Shown piece after piece: positions 1-9,587 of a stretch of 64,000 nucleotides of DNA. The DNA comes from Spirochaetia bacterium. Lineage in GTDB: Bacteria; Spirochaetota; Spirochaetia; SZUA-6; Bin103. The stretch lies in assembly GCA_965203055.1 (NCBI GenBank), contig OZ241863.1:3104001-3168000 (forward strand), given 5' to 3'. Made by a program: the position numbers and the translations under genes. Position 1 is the first letter of the stretch, and each line of letters begins with the position of its first letter. Below the pieces are notes generated by a model. It was not told the origin of the DNA. It worked only from the letters and a program-made list of their open reading frames with translations, and searched no databases.

Positions 1-38
1 GACTGCGCGACGCCGCCGACCCCTACAAGTGAGCGGGT

Positions 39-1118
39 TCAGGCGGCGGAGGGGGAGCGCGGCGGCAGCGGCGGAACCATCAGGCAGTTCGAGTCGCGGC
101 GCTGGCGCCACAATACCGGGAGCATCTGCGCCCAGGCGCGCAGCAGGCCGCGCGGCGCGGGCGGCAGATCGGCGGCGATGGCCGCCCGCAGCTTGTGCAG
201 GTTGTAGAACGGCACGCTGGGGAACATGTGGTGCTCGACGTGGTAGTTCATGTGCCAGTAGAGGAACCGTGTGAACGGCCCCAGCAGGATGGTGCGGCAG
301 CAGAGCCGGTGGTCGGGCGTGTTCGCCGCCAGTCCGGAGTGTTGCGTCTCCACCAGCAGGAAGCTCAGCCACGGCGCCAGCCAGCGGGCGAAGGTTACCA
401 CCAGCAGCATGATCCAGGCATCGGTCGCAATGAACAGCGCCGCCAGCGCCAGATGTCCCAGCAGCACCACCCGCGCCCAACCGAACAACGCCGCGCGCTT
501 GGCGGCATCTCCCTGCCCCACCGGGCGGTCGGCGAAGCAGTGCTGCTCCCAGGTGACGCCGGGACCGCTGTCGTCGAGCCGGCCCAGGCTCCAGCGCAGC
601 AGGGTGCGCAGCTCCGCGGCCATGCTCGGCACCGCCAACACGAAGCGGAACAGCCATTGCAGCGGCCGCAGCGGGCGCGGCAGCCGCACCTCGCCGTCGA
701 GCTCGTCGTGCACCGTGTACTGGTGATGGCGCACGTGGCTGGCGCGAAAGTAGTCGGGGCTGGACCAGTGCAGGAATGAGAACAACCGCAGAAACAGCTC
801 GTTGAGCAGGCGGGAGCGAAACACGGTGCGGTGCGACAGCTCGTGCCGCGAATGTTGCAGGGTACGGAACAGCGAGCCGTGCAGGAACAACGCGGCGACC
901 AGCCACGGCCAGCTCAAGTGGCGCTCGGCCAGCACCACGATGCCGCCGCTGGCGGTGAGCAGGACGATGAAGCCGAGCGCGTGCAGCAGCGGCCGCAGGT
1001 TGCGGCGCTGCGACAGGGCGCGCAGCTCGGTCATGGGAAGCGGCGACCGGTACCAGCGAACCCGCTGATTGGCGGCCCAGTCGTGTTCGAGGGGCGCCGT
1101 CGTGGGCGAACCAGCCAT
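39..1118 (-). CDS. Fatty acid desaturase / membrane di-iron oxygenase family protein
   Basis: Three His boxes (HELSH, HVRHH, HVEHH) plus hydrophobic segments; start moved to the ATG at 1118 (MAGSPTT). Confidence 0.85.
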   Translation of the reverse strand: MAGSPTTAPLEHDWAANQRVRWYRSPLPMTELRALSQRRNLRPLLHALGFIVLLTASGGIVVLAERHLSWPWLVAALFLHGSLFRTLQHSRHELSHRTVFRSRLLNELFLRLFSFLHWSSPDYFRASHVRHHQYTVHDELDGEVRLPRPLRPLQWLFRFVLAVPSMAAELRTLLRWSLGRLDDSGPGVTWEQHCFADRPVGQGDAAKRAALFGWARVVLLGHLALAALFIATDAWIMLLVVTFARWLAPWLSFLLVETQHSGLAANTPDHRLCCRTILLGPFTRFLYWHMNYHVEHHMFPSVPFYNLHKLRAAIAADLPPAPRGLLRAWAQMLPVLWRQRRDSNCLMVPPLPPRSPSAA

Positions 1119-1129
1119 GAGACCGCGGC

Positions 1130-1441
1130 TCAGCCCTGCTCCGCCTTCTGGATGAACTTCTGCTTGGCGTAGTCGCTCACGCCCTCGGCGGCCTTGGCCG
1201 CCCGCTCCCACTCGCCCCGTTGCTCGTGATAGTGCATCGCCTTGTAGGGCTCCTCATCCTCGGCCAGCGCGCCCGTGGCGCCGATGTTCGGGGAGGCGAA
1301 GCTGTGGCTGGCGTAGTCGCGCGGAGCGGGCGCGCCGCAGGCCGGGCAGCGCGTGCGCGCCGCCTCGGTGGTCCGGCTGCTGAGCAACAGCTTCTCGAAT
1401 ACCTGCGCGCAGGCACTGCAGCGATATACGTATACCGGCAT
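1130..1441 (-). CDS. FmdB-family zinc-ribbon protein
   Basis: MPVYVYRCSAC...FE...CPACG, the typical MPxYxYxCxxC / CPxCG signature. Confidence 0.85.
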   Translation of the reverse strand: MPVYVYRCSACAQVFEKLLLSSRTTEAARTRCPACGAPAPRDYASHSFASPNIGATGALAEDEEPYKAMHYHEQRGEWERAAKAAEGVSDYAKQKFIQKAEQG

Positions 1442-1504
1442 GGACCGCCAGCATACCACGTTGGCCTACCCGGCGTCACGCATCGGTTTCGCGCGGCTGC
1501 GGGA

Positions 1505-3112
1505 CTACTTCGCGACCGTGCGGTACCACACCTGATCGAAGCTCAGGCCGGTCGCGAACCCGGTGACGTTGCGGCGCCGCGCGATCTGTTCGGTCTGCTG
1601 GAACATGATCACGTAGGGGCCCTCGTGCTGCAGGCGGCGCTGCAGGCCGCGGTAGAGCTCGGCGCGCCGCGCCGGGTCAGGTTCGTTGCGCGCCGCTACC
1701 ACCGCGGCGTTGATCTCGTCGCGCGCCCAGGCGTTGCGCCAGGCCAGCACGCCGGTCAGGTTCGCTTCCGGGCGGTTGTCGGGGTTGTGCGCGAAGGCCG
1801 CGGCGTTGGCGTGCGGGTCGACGTAGTCGATCGACCAGGGGGCGAGAATCAGCTCGTGGCGGCGCGCGCGGTACCAGGGCCACAGCTCCGCGCCATCCTG
1901 CGTCACCACCTGCGCCTCGATGCCGGCCTCGGCCAGGGTTGCCCGCACCGCCTGCGCAATCGCCGGAAACGGCGGCGTGGTGAGCGTGTCGAGGCGCACC
2001 GCGAAGCCGCCGCCGTGGCCGGCCTGCGCCAGCAGCGACTTCGCCCGCTCCAGGTCGAGGCGGTAGGGCGCCGCCGGCCAGGCCGCCCACAGGCCGCGCG
2101 GCCAGAATGCCTGCTGCACCGTGAACTGGCCGGCGAGAAAGGAATCGGCCATGCCGTGATAGTCGACGGCGTGGCGCAGCGCCCGCACCACCTGCTCCTT
2201 GCCGAGGATCGGATGGGCGGCGTTCGCCGCCAGATAGACCACCGTGCCCTTCGGATGGCTATCGACCGCCACGTCGGCGTTGCCGGCCAGGCCGGCGATC
2301 AGGTCAGGCGTGAGGTCGCGCGCCAGGTCCACGGCGCCCGACTCCAGCAGCCGCCGCTGGGCGGCGGGCTCCGGCACGTGGCGCAGGATGACGCGCCTCA
2401 CTCCCGGCGCGCCGCCGTGGTAGTCGGGATTGGCGGTCAGAATCACCGTCTCGCCCGGCTCCCACCGCTGCAGCCGAAACGGACCGGAGCCGGCGCTGTT
2501 GGCGCGCAGCCACCCCGCGCCGAGGTCGCCCTCCTGCTCCTGCGCCAGCGCGAGCTTCCGGTCCACCACCGATCCGAGGCCGGCGGAGAGCACGTGCAGC
2601 ACCAGCCGGGGCGAGAACCGCTCGACGAGGGTCAGGCTGACCCGGCGGTCGTCCACCGCCTCGATCAGCTCGCCGACGTTGTCCGCGTTCCAGCCGAACT
2701 GCGCGAGCAGGGAGGCCGGCGATCCGTCCCGCCGGATCACCCGCTCCAGGGAGAACTCGACGTCCTCGGGGCGCACCGGGTTGCCGGAGTGGAACCGCAG
2801 GCCGTCGCGAATCCGCAGCGTGATCGTCTTGCCGTCGCCGCTCACCGTGTGACTCTCGGCGACGCCGCCGGTCAGCGCGCGCGGGTCCTCCGGCGCGAAC
2901 GTCATGATCCGATCGTAGAGGTTGGCGATGATCTCGCCGGCGGTGAACTCGAACGCTTCCGCCGGATCCAGGGTGATGAGGTCGGCGATGTCCTTCGCGA
3001 TGACCAGGGTGTCCGCGCCGGTCTCGGCCGCGGCCGGCGCGGCGGCCAGGGCGAGGAGGGCGAGGATGCCGAGCAGGGCGATGAACGCCCGCGTGAACCG
3101 AGATGCCACCAT
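1505..3112 (-). CDS. ABC transporter peptide/nickel-type substrate-binding protein (family 5)
   Basis: Signal peptide, TLDPA, LRFHSGNPVRPEDVEFSLER and GSGPFRL motifs; start at ATG 3112. Confidence 0.9.
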   Translation of the reverse strand: MVASRFTRAFIALLGILALLALAAAPAAAETGADTLVIAKDIADLITLDPAEAFEFTAGEIIANLYDRIMTFAPEDPRALTGGVAESHTVSGDGKTITLRIRDGLRFHSGNPVRPEDVEFSLERVIRRDGSPASLLAQFGWNADNVGELIEAVDDRRVSLTLVERFSPRLVLHVLSAGLGSVVDRKLALAQEQEGDLGAGWLRANSAGSGPFRLQRWEPGETVILTANPDYHGGAPGVRRVILRHVPEPAAQRRLLESGAVDLARDLTPDLIAGLAGNADVAVDSHPKGTVVYLAANAAHPILGKEQVVRALRHAVDYHGMADSFLAGQFTVQQAFWPRGLWAAWPAAPYRLDLERAKSLLAQAGHGGGFAVRLDTLTTPPFPAIAQAVRATLAEAGIEAQVVTQDGAELWPWYRARRHELILAPWSIDYVDPHANAAAFAHNPDNRPEANLTGVLAWRNAWARDEINAAVVAARNEPDPARRAELYRGLQRRLQHEGPYVIMFQQTEQIARRRNVTGFATGLSFDQVWYRTVAK

Positions 3113-3150
3113 GCTTCCAGGATACCGGCCGCGTCGCAGGATGAGCACTG

Positions 3151-3804
3151 TCATGATCCGGATTGCCGGCCGCCGGCAGCGGGCGGGCCGGCCTGCAGAT
3201 GGCTGGTGTCGTTCAGCAGTTCGAGCGCGGTGTGGCCGCCGGCGAACACGGTGATGACGGACAGACTGCAGTTGTCCAGCGCGAACCGCCACATGCTGGC
3301 CGGCGGCAGCTCCAGCAGCCGCACGATCGCGGCGCGCAGCGAGCCGCCGTGCGCCACCAGCAGCAGGTTGCCGTCGTCCCCGGCGTGCGCGTCGCGCAGC
3401 CGGTCCACCGCGACCCCTACCCGCGTGAACAGGCGCTGCATGCTCTCCCCGCCCGGCGGCGCCCAGGAGACGCCCCCGGAAAGGCGCGCGGCGTGGCGTT
3501 GCGGGTCGCGGGCTGCGATTTCCGCGTCAGTCAGCCCCTCCCAGGCGCCGTAGCTCCGTTCGCGCAGCGCGGGAAGGGTGATCAGCGGCAGCTCCCGGCC
3601 GCGCATGATCGGCTGCGCCGTGCGCATGACGCGCCCCAGGTCGCTCGCGTACGCCGCGCTGAAGCGCATAGGGCGCAGCCGCGCCGCGGTGGCCTGCGCC
3701 TGCGCGCGTCCCCGGGCGTTGAGCGGCACGTCCGACTGCCCCTGCCCGCGGCCGGTGAGATTCCAGTCGGTCTCCCCGTGGCGCACCAGAAACCATCTAC
3801 CCAT
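3151..3804 (-). CDS. cobC: Histidine phosphatase, probable alpha-ribazole phosphatase
   Basis: RHGETDWN, LRE.SYGAWEG and VAHGG motifs; lies directly after cobU/cobS/cobT. Confidence 0.8.
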   Translation of the reverse strand: MGRWFLVRHGETDWNLTGRGQGQSDVPLNARGRAQAQATAARLRPMRFSAAYASDLGRVMRTAQPIMRGRELPLITLPALRERSYGAWEGLTDAEIAARDPQRHAARLSGGVSWAPPGGESMQRLFTRVGVAVDRLRDAHAGDDGNLLLVAHGGSLRAAIVRLLELPPASMWRFALDNCSLSVITVFAGGHTALELLNDTSHLQAGPPAAGGRQSGS

Positions 3805-4369
3805 CAGTCATGCTCCCGAACGGCCGGGCGCCCAGTTCCTTCAACTCCAGGGCCAGCCCGGCCACCATCAGGTACACGCGGCCGGCGCGCGCGGCGCAGA
3901 GCTGGTTCACCCGGCCGAGCGCGTCGCGGTAGGTCCGCCCGAGCGGCCACGCCGGCACCACCCCCAGGCCCACCTCGTTGCTGACCGCGATCCAGGTCGC
4001 CGCGGAGCGTTCGATCAGCTCCAGCAGCCGGCCGGCGGCGTCAAGTATGATCTGCTCCGCGTTGGCGTCCGCTTCGTGCCGCAACAGCAGATTGCTGACC
4101 CACAGCGTGAGGCAATCGATCACCACGGTATCGTAGCGGTTCATGATCGGCGCGGCCGCGCCGGCCAGGTCGAGCGGCTCCTCCAGCGTGTCCCAGCCTT
4201 CGGGCCGCCGCGCGCGATGGGCGGCGATGCGGCGCTCCATCTCGGCGTCCAGCGCCTGCGCGGTGGCGATGAACAGCACCCGGCCGCCGCGCCGCTCCGC
4301 GAGCCGCTCTGCGGCCGTGCTCTTGCCGGAGCGAGCGCCGCCCAGCAGCAGGATCAACTCGCCGCTCAT
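3797..4369 (-). CDS. cobU: Adenosylcobinamide kinase / adenosylcobinamide-phosphate guanylyltransferase
   Basis: GGARSGKS, EMERRIAAHR, IDCLTLWVSN and VSNEVGLGVVP motifs. Confidence 0.95.
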   Translation of the reverse strand: MSGELILLLGGARSGKSTAAERLAERRGGRVLFIATAQALDAEMERRIAAHRARRPEGWDTLEEPLDLAGAAAPIMNRYDTVVIDCLTLWVSNLLLRHEADANAEQIILDAAGRLLELIERSAATWIAVSNEVGLGVVPAWPLGRTYRDALGRVNQLCAARAGRVYLMVAGLALELKELGARPFGSMTDG

Positions 4370-5169
4370 GATGCCAGCGGCGAACGCAGCGCGTCCGCAT
4401 CGGCCGCCGTCAGGAGGACGGCCAGCACCAGGACAGCGGCCTCGGCAATCTCGTTCGCCGCGCCGTAGACGTCGCCGGTCACCCCGCCGAGCAGGCGCGC
4501 CGCGGCCGCCCCGACGCCCCACGCCGCCGCGCCGGCGAGCGCCGCCAGCGCCAGCCCCGGCGGCCCGGCCAAGGCCGCGGCCGCGGCCAGCGCCGCCGGC
4601 AGTCCGCACCACAGTGGCAGGCGGCCGCGGCAGTTGGCGAACGGAGTGCCAAGTCCCTGCCGCCGGAGATATGGAAACGAGTCGATGACCGGCAGCATCG
4701 CCGCGCGCGACAGGCAGGGGAACAGCATGATCACGCCGATGCGGCTCGCCTCCGGAAGCGTCGCGAGCGCGGCGAACTTGACCAGCAGCAGGCAGACCAC
4801 GCCGACCACGGCAAACGCGCCGACATGGGGATCCTTGAGTATCTCCCGGCGCCGGGCGCGGTCGAAGCCGCCGAACAGCGCGTCGCAGGTGTCCATGAAC
4901 CCGTCCAGGTGCAGGGCTCGGGTCAGTACGGCAAGGGCGGCCACCAGCAGGGCGGCGGCGAGCAGCGCCGGCAGGTGCAGCGCCCGCAACGCCGCGTCCA
5001 GCGCGGCCAGCATCGCCCCCAGCAGCAGGCCGACCGCCGGGAACCAGCCGCGCGCGCCGGCGAGCGGGGCGCCCGCGCCGCGCGTTGCGACCGGCAGGAT
5101 GGTCAGGAAGCCGAGCGCCGCGTGGCAGGACGCGAAGCAGGAGGAGACGGCGCGGAGAGTCTTCGTCAT
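4366..5169 (-). CDS. cobS: Adenosylcobinamide-GDP ribazoletransferase (cobalamin synthase)
   Basis: FLTILP, LHLDGFMDTCD, ILKDPHVGAF and GGVTGDVYGA motifs. Confidence 0.95.
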   Translation of the reverse strand: MTKTLRAVSSCFASCHAALGFLTILPVATRGAGAPLAGARGWFPAVGLLLGAMLAALDAALRALHLPALLAAALLVAALAVLTRALHLDGFMDTCDALFGGFDRARRREILKDPHVGAFAVVGVVCLLLVKFAALATLPEASRIGVIMLFPCLSRAAMLPVIDSFPYLRRQGLGTPFANCRGRLPLWCGLPAALAAAAALAGPPGLALAALAGAAAWGVGAAAARLLGGVTGDVYGAANEIAEAAVLVLAVLLTAADADALRSPLAS

Positions 5170-5178
5170 ACGGCTAGT

Positions 5179-6252
5179 TCAGGGCGCGCGCGCCGCGGCG
5201 CCGCGGGCGCTGACGCCGGCCTCGGCGAAGGTGGCCATCTCCGCCAGGCAGGCCGCGGCGGCGGCGATGATCGGCACGGCAAGCAGGGCGCCGGTGCCTT
5301 CGCCGAGCCGCAGCTCCAGGTCCAGCAGCGGGCGCAGTTGCAGATGAGACAACGCCGCCTGATGTCCCGGTTCGGCGGAGCGGTGCGCGGCGATCAGGTA
5401 GTCGCGCGCCGGCGGGCACAGGCGCTGCGCCAGCAGGGCCGCGGCGCCGGCGATGAAGCCGTCCAGCACCACGGCGCGGCGCCGGCCGGCCGCGCCCAGC
5501 ATGACGCCGGCCAGCACGCCAAGCTCGAAGCCCCCCACCTTCGCCAGTACGCCGAGGGGGTCGCCCGGGTCGGGCGCGTTGACCAGCAGCGCCCGCCGCA
5601 CCACCTCGATCTTGCGGCGCAGCTCGTCCGCGGTCCGGCCGGTGCCGGGACCGGTGGTCCGCTCCGGCGCGGTTCCGGTCATTGCCGAGGTGACCGCGCT
5701 CGCCGCGGTGGTGTTGCCGATGCCCATCTCCCCGGTCGCGATCAGGTCTGCCCCGCCGGCGGCGGCCTCGGCCGCGAAGCCCGCGCCCGCTTCGACGCAG
5801 CGCTGCGCCTGCTGCCGGGTCATCGCCGGTCCGCGGCTGACGTCGCCGGTACCGCGCCCGGCGCGCAACGCGCGCAACTGCGGCTGCGGCGGTAGCTCGT
5901 CCGCCGCGATTCCGGCGTCCACCACGATCTGCCGCACGCCCAGCCGGCGCGCCATGACGCTGACCGCGGCGCCGCCGGCCAGGAAGTTCCGCATCATCTG
6001 CGCGGTCACCGCCTGCGGGTAGCCGGTCACCCCCTGCGCAACCACGCCATGGTCGCCGGCCGCGACGATCACGGCCGAGTTGCGGATCGCCGGCCGGTCG
6101 CTGCCATAGATCCCGGCAAGCTGAATCGACACCTCCTCCAGGCGCCCCAGGCTGCCCGGAGGCTTGGTCAGGGTCAGGTGGCGGGCCGCGGCGCGCTGCC
6201 GGGCGCCGGCGTCCGCCGGCGCGATGCGGCCGAGCGTTTCGGCCAGCGTCAT
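5179..6252 (-). CDS. cobT: Nicotinate-nucleotide--dimethylbenzimidazole phosphoribosyltransferase
   Basis: LTKPPGSLGRLE, GEMGIGNTT and LRLGEGTGA motifs; start at ATG 6252. Confidence 0.95.
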   Translation of the reverse strand: MTLAETLGRIAPADAGARQRAAARHLTLTKPPGSLGRLEEVSIQLAGIYGSDRPAIRNSAVIVAAGDHGVVAQGVTGYPQAVTAQMMRNFLAGGAAVSVMARRLGVRQIVVDAGIAADELPPQPQLRALRAGRGTGDVSRGPAMTRQQAQRCVEAGAGFAAEAAAGGADLIATGEMGIGNTTAASAVTSAMTGTAPERTTGPGTGRTADELRRKIEVVRRALLVNAPDPGDPLGVLAKVGGFELGVLAGVMLGAAGRRRAVVLDGFIAGAAALLAQRLCPPARDYLIAAHRSAEPGHQAALSHLQLRPLLDLELRLGEGTGALLAVPIIAAAAACLAEMATFAEAGVSARGAAARAP

Positions 6253-7046
6253 GCCGGGGCCGCGGCCGGCGCCGCCGGACCGATCAGGCGGACCTGCGGC
6301 ACTCCGGTGGCGGGATCGCGCTCCACCGCGGCTTCCACGCCGAACACCTCCCGGAACCGCGGCGGCGTGAACACTTCGGCGGGGGCGCCTTCGGCCACCA
6401 CCGCGCCGCGCGCCAGCAGCGTCAGCCGGTCGCAGTAGCGGCTGGCCAGCGCCACGTCGTGCAGCGCCGCCACCGCGGCCGCGCCGCCGGCGGCCTCCGC
6501 CCGCAACGTCTCCATGGCCGCGAGCTGGTGCCGCAGGTCGAGCCCGGCGGCGGGTTCGTCGAGCAGCAGGACCCGCGCCTGCTGGGCCAGCGCGCGGGCC
6601 AGCAGCACCCGCTGCCGCTCGCCGCCGGAGATGCGGTCGAGCTGCCGGTCGGCGAACCGTTCGGTCCCGGTTCGCGCCAGCGCCGCGCGCGCAATCCGCC
6701 GGTCGTCGGCGCCCTCCAGTGCGAACCGGCTCAGGTGCGGGTATCTGCCCATCAGCACCGTTTCCAGCGCCGTGAACGGGTGGGCCGCTTCCTGCTGCGG
6801 CAGATACGCGATCAGCCGCGCGCGTTCCCGCGCCGCCAGCGCGGTCAACGGCGCCGTTCCCAGCCACACCGAACCGGAGTCGGGACGCAGCACGCCGGCC
6901 AGCACCCGCAGCAGGGTGCTCTTGCCGGCGCCGTTCGGCCCGACCAGCCCGGTCACCTGGCCGGGCCGGGCCGCGCACGACACCGCGCGCAGCACCGGTA
7001 CCCCGGCCAGCTTCAGCGACACGCCGCGCGCCGCCAGCACGCTCAC
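6249..7046 (-). CDS. Cobalamin/siderophore-type ABC transporter ATP-binding protein (BtuD-like)
   Basis: GPNGAGKST, ISGGERQR, LLLDEP and LHD motifs; riboswitch operon context. Confidence 0.9.
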   Translation of the reverse strand: MSVLAARGVSLKLAGVPVLRAVSCAARPGQVTGLVGPNGAGKSTLLRVLAGVLRPDSGSVWLGTAPLTALAARERARLIAYLPQQEAAHPFTALETVLMGRYPHLSRFALEGADDRRIARAALARTGTERFADRQLDRISGGERQRVLLARALAQQARVLLLDEPAAGLDLRHQLAAMETLRAEAAGGAAAVAALHDVALASRYCDRLTLLARGAVVAEGAPAEVFTPPRFREVFGVEAAVERDPATGVPQVRLIGPAAPAAAPA

Positions 7047-8068
7047 GACCCCCGGTAGGGCGCGAAGTCGTCGAACGCAACGTCCCGGAACCGATCCGGG
7101 TACAGCAGCCGCGCGGTCTCCTCGATGCCGCGCACGTTCCAGTGGGAGAGCGTGGTGTAGTAGCGTGAGGCGACGATGGTCACCCGTTGGCCGGCGATTG
7201 CCGGCACGCCGGCGAGCGCCCGCTCGCCCAGCAGGTCGGCGCGGAGCTGCGCTCCGCCCGAGTCCGCCGGTTGGGTGATCAGGATCACGTCCGGGTTCAC
7301 GGCGGCGATCGCTTCCACGCTCACCGTCTGATGGCCGACGATGCCGGCGCGCGCCGCCGCGTTGACGCCGCCGGCAGCTTCGATGATGCCGCCCTCGGTG
7401 GAACCGCCGCCCGCGGCGCTGGTGGTGTCCGCGTAACGGGCGATGGAAAGGACCGCCGGCCGCGACCGATCGCCGGGCGGCGGGACCCGCTCCGCGACCA
7501 GCGCCAGCCGCCGCTCGATCTCGGCGACCAGCTCCAGGGCGCGCTCTTCGACGCCGAGCAGGTAGCCGAGCAGCAGGATGTTGGGAATGTTGCCGGCGGT
7601 CGAGTTCTCCAGCGCGGCGCGCGCCACCGGTACGCCGGCCTCCTTGATCAGCGCTGTCAGGTCCGCATCGGTGTAGCGGGAGACCACCACCAGATCCGGG
7701 CGCAGCGCCAGCACCGCCTCGACCTCGGCTCGCGGGAGGGTGGCCATGCCGGCCACCTGATCGGCCACGTTGGAATAGGTGGCGTTGCCGGTGAAGGTGC
7801 CCACGCCGGCAAACCGGTCACGGCCCGCCAGCGCGAGCAGCATCTCGTCGTGGCCCAGCGAGATGGCCAGTATCCGCTGCGGCGGGGCCTCCAGCCGGAC
7901 CCGGCCGGCGGCGGTCTCCACCTCGCGCGGCCAGCCCCGGTTCGCCGCGTCCACGATGCCGGGCACCGCCGGGTAGGAGCCCGCCGTTTCGGCGACCGCG
8001 GCGAGCGCGCCGGCGGCCAGCAGTCCGGCCCCGGCAACCAGCCGTATCACCTTGTTCCAGTTATCCAT
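7043..8068 (-). CDS. Cobalamin ABC transporter substrate-binding protein (BtuF-like)
   Basis: PPQRILAIS, EAVLALRPDLV and NPDVILI motifs; signal peptide; GGAGG RBS upstream. Confidence 0.85.
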   Translation of the reverse strand: MDNWNKVIRLVAGAGLLAAGALAAVAETAGSYPAVPGIVDAANRGWPREVETAAGRVRLEAPPQRILAISLGHDEMLLALAGRDRFAGVGTFTGNATYSNVADQVAGMATLPRAEVEAVLALRPDLVVVSRYTDADLTALIKEAGVPVARAALENSTAGNIPNILLLGYLLGVEERALELVAEIERRLALVAERVPPPGDRSRPAVLSIARYADTTSAAGGGSTEGGIIEAAGGVNAAARAGIVGHQTVSVEAIAAVNPDVILITQPADSGGAQLRADLLGERALAGVPAIAGQRVTIVASRYYTTLSHWNVRGIEETARLLYPDRFRDVAFDDFAPYRGS

Positions 8069-8128
8069 GTCGATATGCCTCCTCCGGAAGTTGCATTTGG
8101 GTTTGTGTGCCTGGTTGGCTCGATTCCT

Positions 8129-9202
8129 CTACAGCAGCCCGGCGCGCGCCTTGTGCCGCGCCAGCAGGAACAGAAAGAACGGCGCTCCGACCAGTGCCGT
8201 GACAATGCCGACGCGCACCTCGGCCGGCGCGATGGCGACCCGCGCGACCGTGTCCGCGGCCAGCAGGAACACTGCCCCGCCGAGCGCGCTCAGCGGGACC
8301 AGCACGCGGTGGTCGGCGCCGGTGATCAGGCGCAGCGCGTGCGGCACGATCAGCCCGACGAACGCAATCGTCCCCGAGAACGCCACCGCGGCGCCGGTGA
8401 TCAGCGACGCGGCGAGCAGCAGCGCGGTTCGGGTCAGCCCCACCCGCACGCCAAGCGCGCGCGCTTCCTCCTCGCCGACCATGAGCAGGTTCAGGTCGCG
8501 CGCCAGCAGCACCGCGACCGCGATACCGGCCAGCACCGGCGGCGCCGCCAGCCGCACGTCCGGCCAGCGCGACGCGTCGAGGCCGCCGGCGAGCCAGAAG
8601 ATCATGGCGCGCTGCGCCCCGAGATCAGCGGTGAAGAGCACGATTGAGGAAATGATCGCGGCGATGAACGTGCTTACCGCCACCCCCGCGAGCAGCAGCG
8701 CCGCCATCGAGAAGCGGCCGCCGGCCGCGGCCACCGCGAACACCAGCGCCAGGGCGCCGGCGGCGCCGGCGAACGCCGCCGCCGGCAGCGCCAGCGGCGA
8801 GGCCGCCGGCGCCCCGGCGGCGATGGCCACCACCGCGCCCAGCGCGCCGCCGGTGGACACGCCGATGATGCCGGGGTCGGCCATCGGGTTGCGGAACAGC
8901 CCCTGCATCACGGCGCCGGCCACGCCGAGGGCGGCGCCGACGGTGAGCGCCAGGACGATGCGCGCCAGCCTGATCGACTCGACGATGGCGCGCTCGGTGT
9001 CGCCGGTTGCCAGCAGCCGCACGCCGACCTGCTCCAGCAGGATGGCGGCGGTGTGGGACAGCGGGATCGGGTAGGGGCCGACCGCGGCCGCGGTCACGAT
9101 CAGGGCGGCGGCGCAGGCGGCCAGCAGCGCGCTGCCGCCCGCCAGCCGCGTAACGACCGGCGACCGCAGCCGCGTTGAATGGTCTGTCTGTCCCCCCGGC
9201 AT
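8129..9202 (-). CDS. FecCD/BtuC-family ABC permease
   Basis: QGLFRNPMADPGIIGVSTG, GEEEARALGV and IAFVGLIVPH motifs; start at ATG 9202 below the riboswitch. Confidence 0.92.
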   Translation of the reverse strand: MPGGQTDHSTRLRSPVVTRLAGGSALLAACAAALIVTAAAVGPYPIPLSHTAAILLEQVGVRLLATGDTERAIVESIRLARIVLALTVGAALGVAGAVMQGLFRNPMADPGIIGVSTGGALGAVVAIAAGAPAASPLALPAAAFAGAAGALALVFAVAAAGGRFSMAALLLAGVAVSTFIAAIISSIVLFTADLGAQRAMIFWLAGGLDASRWPDVRLAAPPVLAGIAVAVLLARDLNLLMVGEEEARALGVRVGLTRTALLLAASLITGAAVAFSGTIAFVGLIVPHALRLITGADHRVLVPLSALGGAVFLLAADTVARVAIAPAEVRVGIVTALVGAPFFLFLLARHKARAGLL

Positions 9203-9299
9203 CGGCGCTCCTTCGCGGCTCTCTGCGCGGGTAGAGGAACGCCATCGAGGAGGCTCGATCTGAGGCGCTCCCTGAAGCGGAGAGCGGCCACTCAGCCTG

Positions 9300-9465
9300 T
9301 GCCCGGCAGGTCTCCTGGCTCCCGGCTCAACGCCTGCCCCGCGCCTTCCCATCCCTGGAGGACAGTGGCATTCGGCGGGCGGCTGACCGGTCACAGTGGC
9401 GCCACCGCAGCGGATTCGCACCGCTTTCCCTGTTCGGCTTCGTCCCCGAAGCACCGGGCAAGGTC
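9300..9465 (-). promoter_or_regulatory. Cobalamin (AdoCbl) riboswitch
   Basis: The minus strand reads AGGGAAAGCGGTGCGAATCCGC...GCCACTGTGA...GCCACTGT...GGGAAGGCG...GAGCCAGGAGACCTGCC (B12 box), upstream of btu/cob genes. Boundaries are approximate. Confidence 0.93.
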
Positions 9466-9587
9466 TGCCTTTAGTGACTTGTTCGGCGCCCAACCTACGA
9501 CTTGGCCGCCCCGGTGTCAACGCCTGCCCCCGTCGGCGCAGGTAGACCGCTAGCCCGGTCGCTGTCCATGTGCTACGATGCTGAAAG

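Noticed and set aside
1220..3553. 777-aa plus-strand ORF, and similar Arg/Ala/Gly-rich overlapping ORFs throughout
   Set aside because: They lie antisense or out of frame to well-supported genes.
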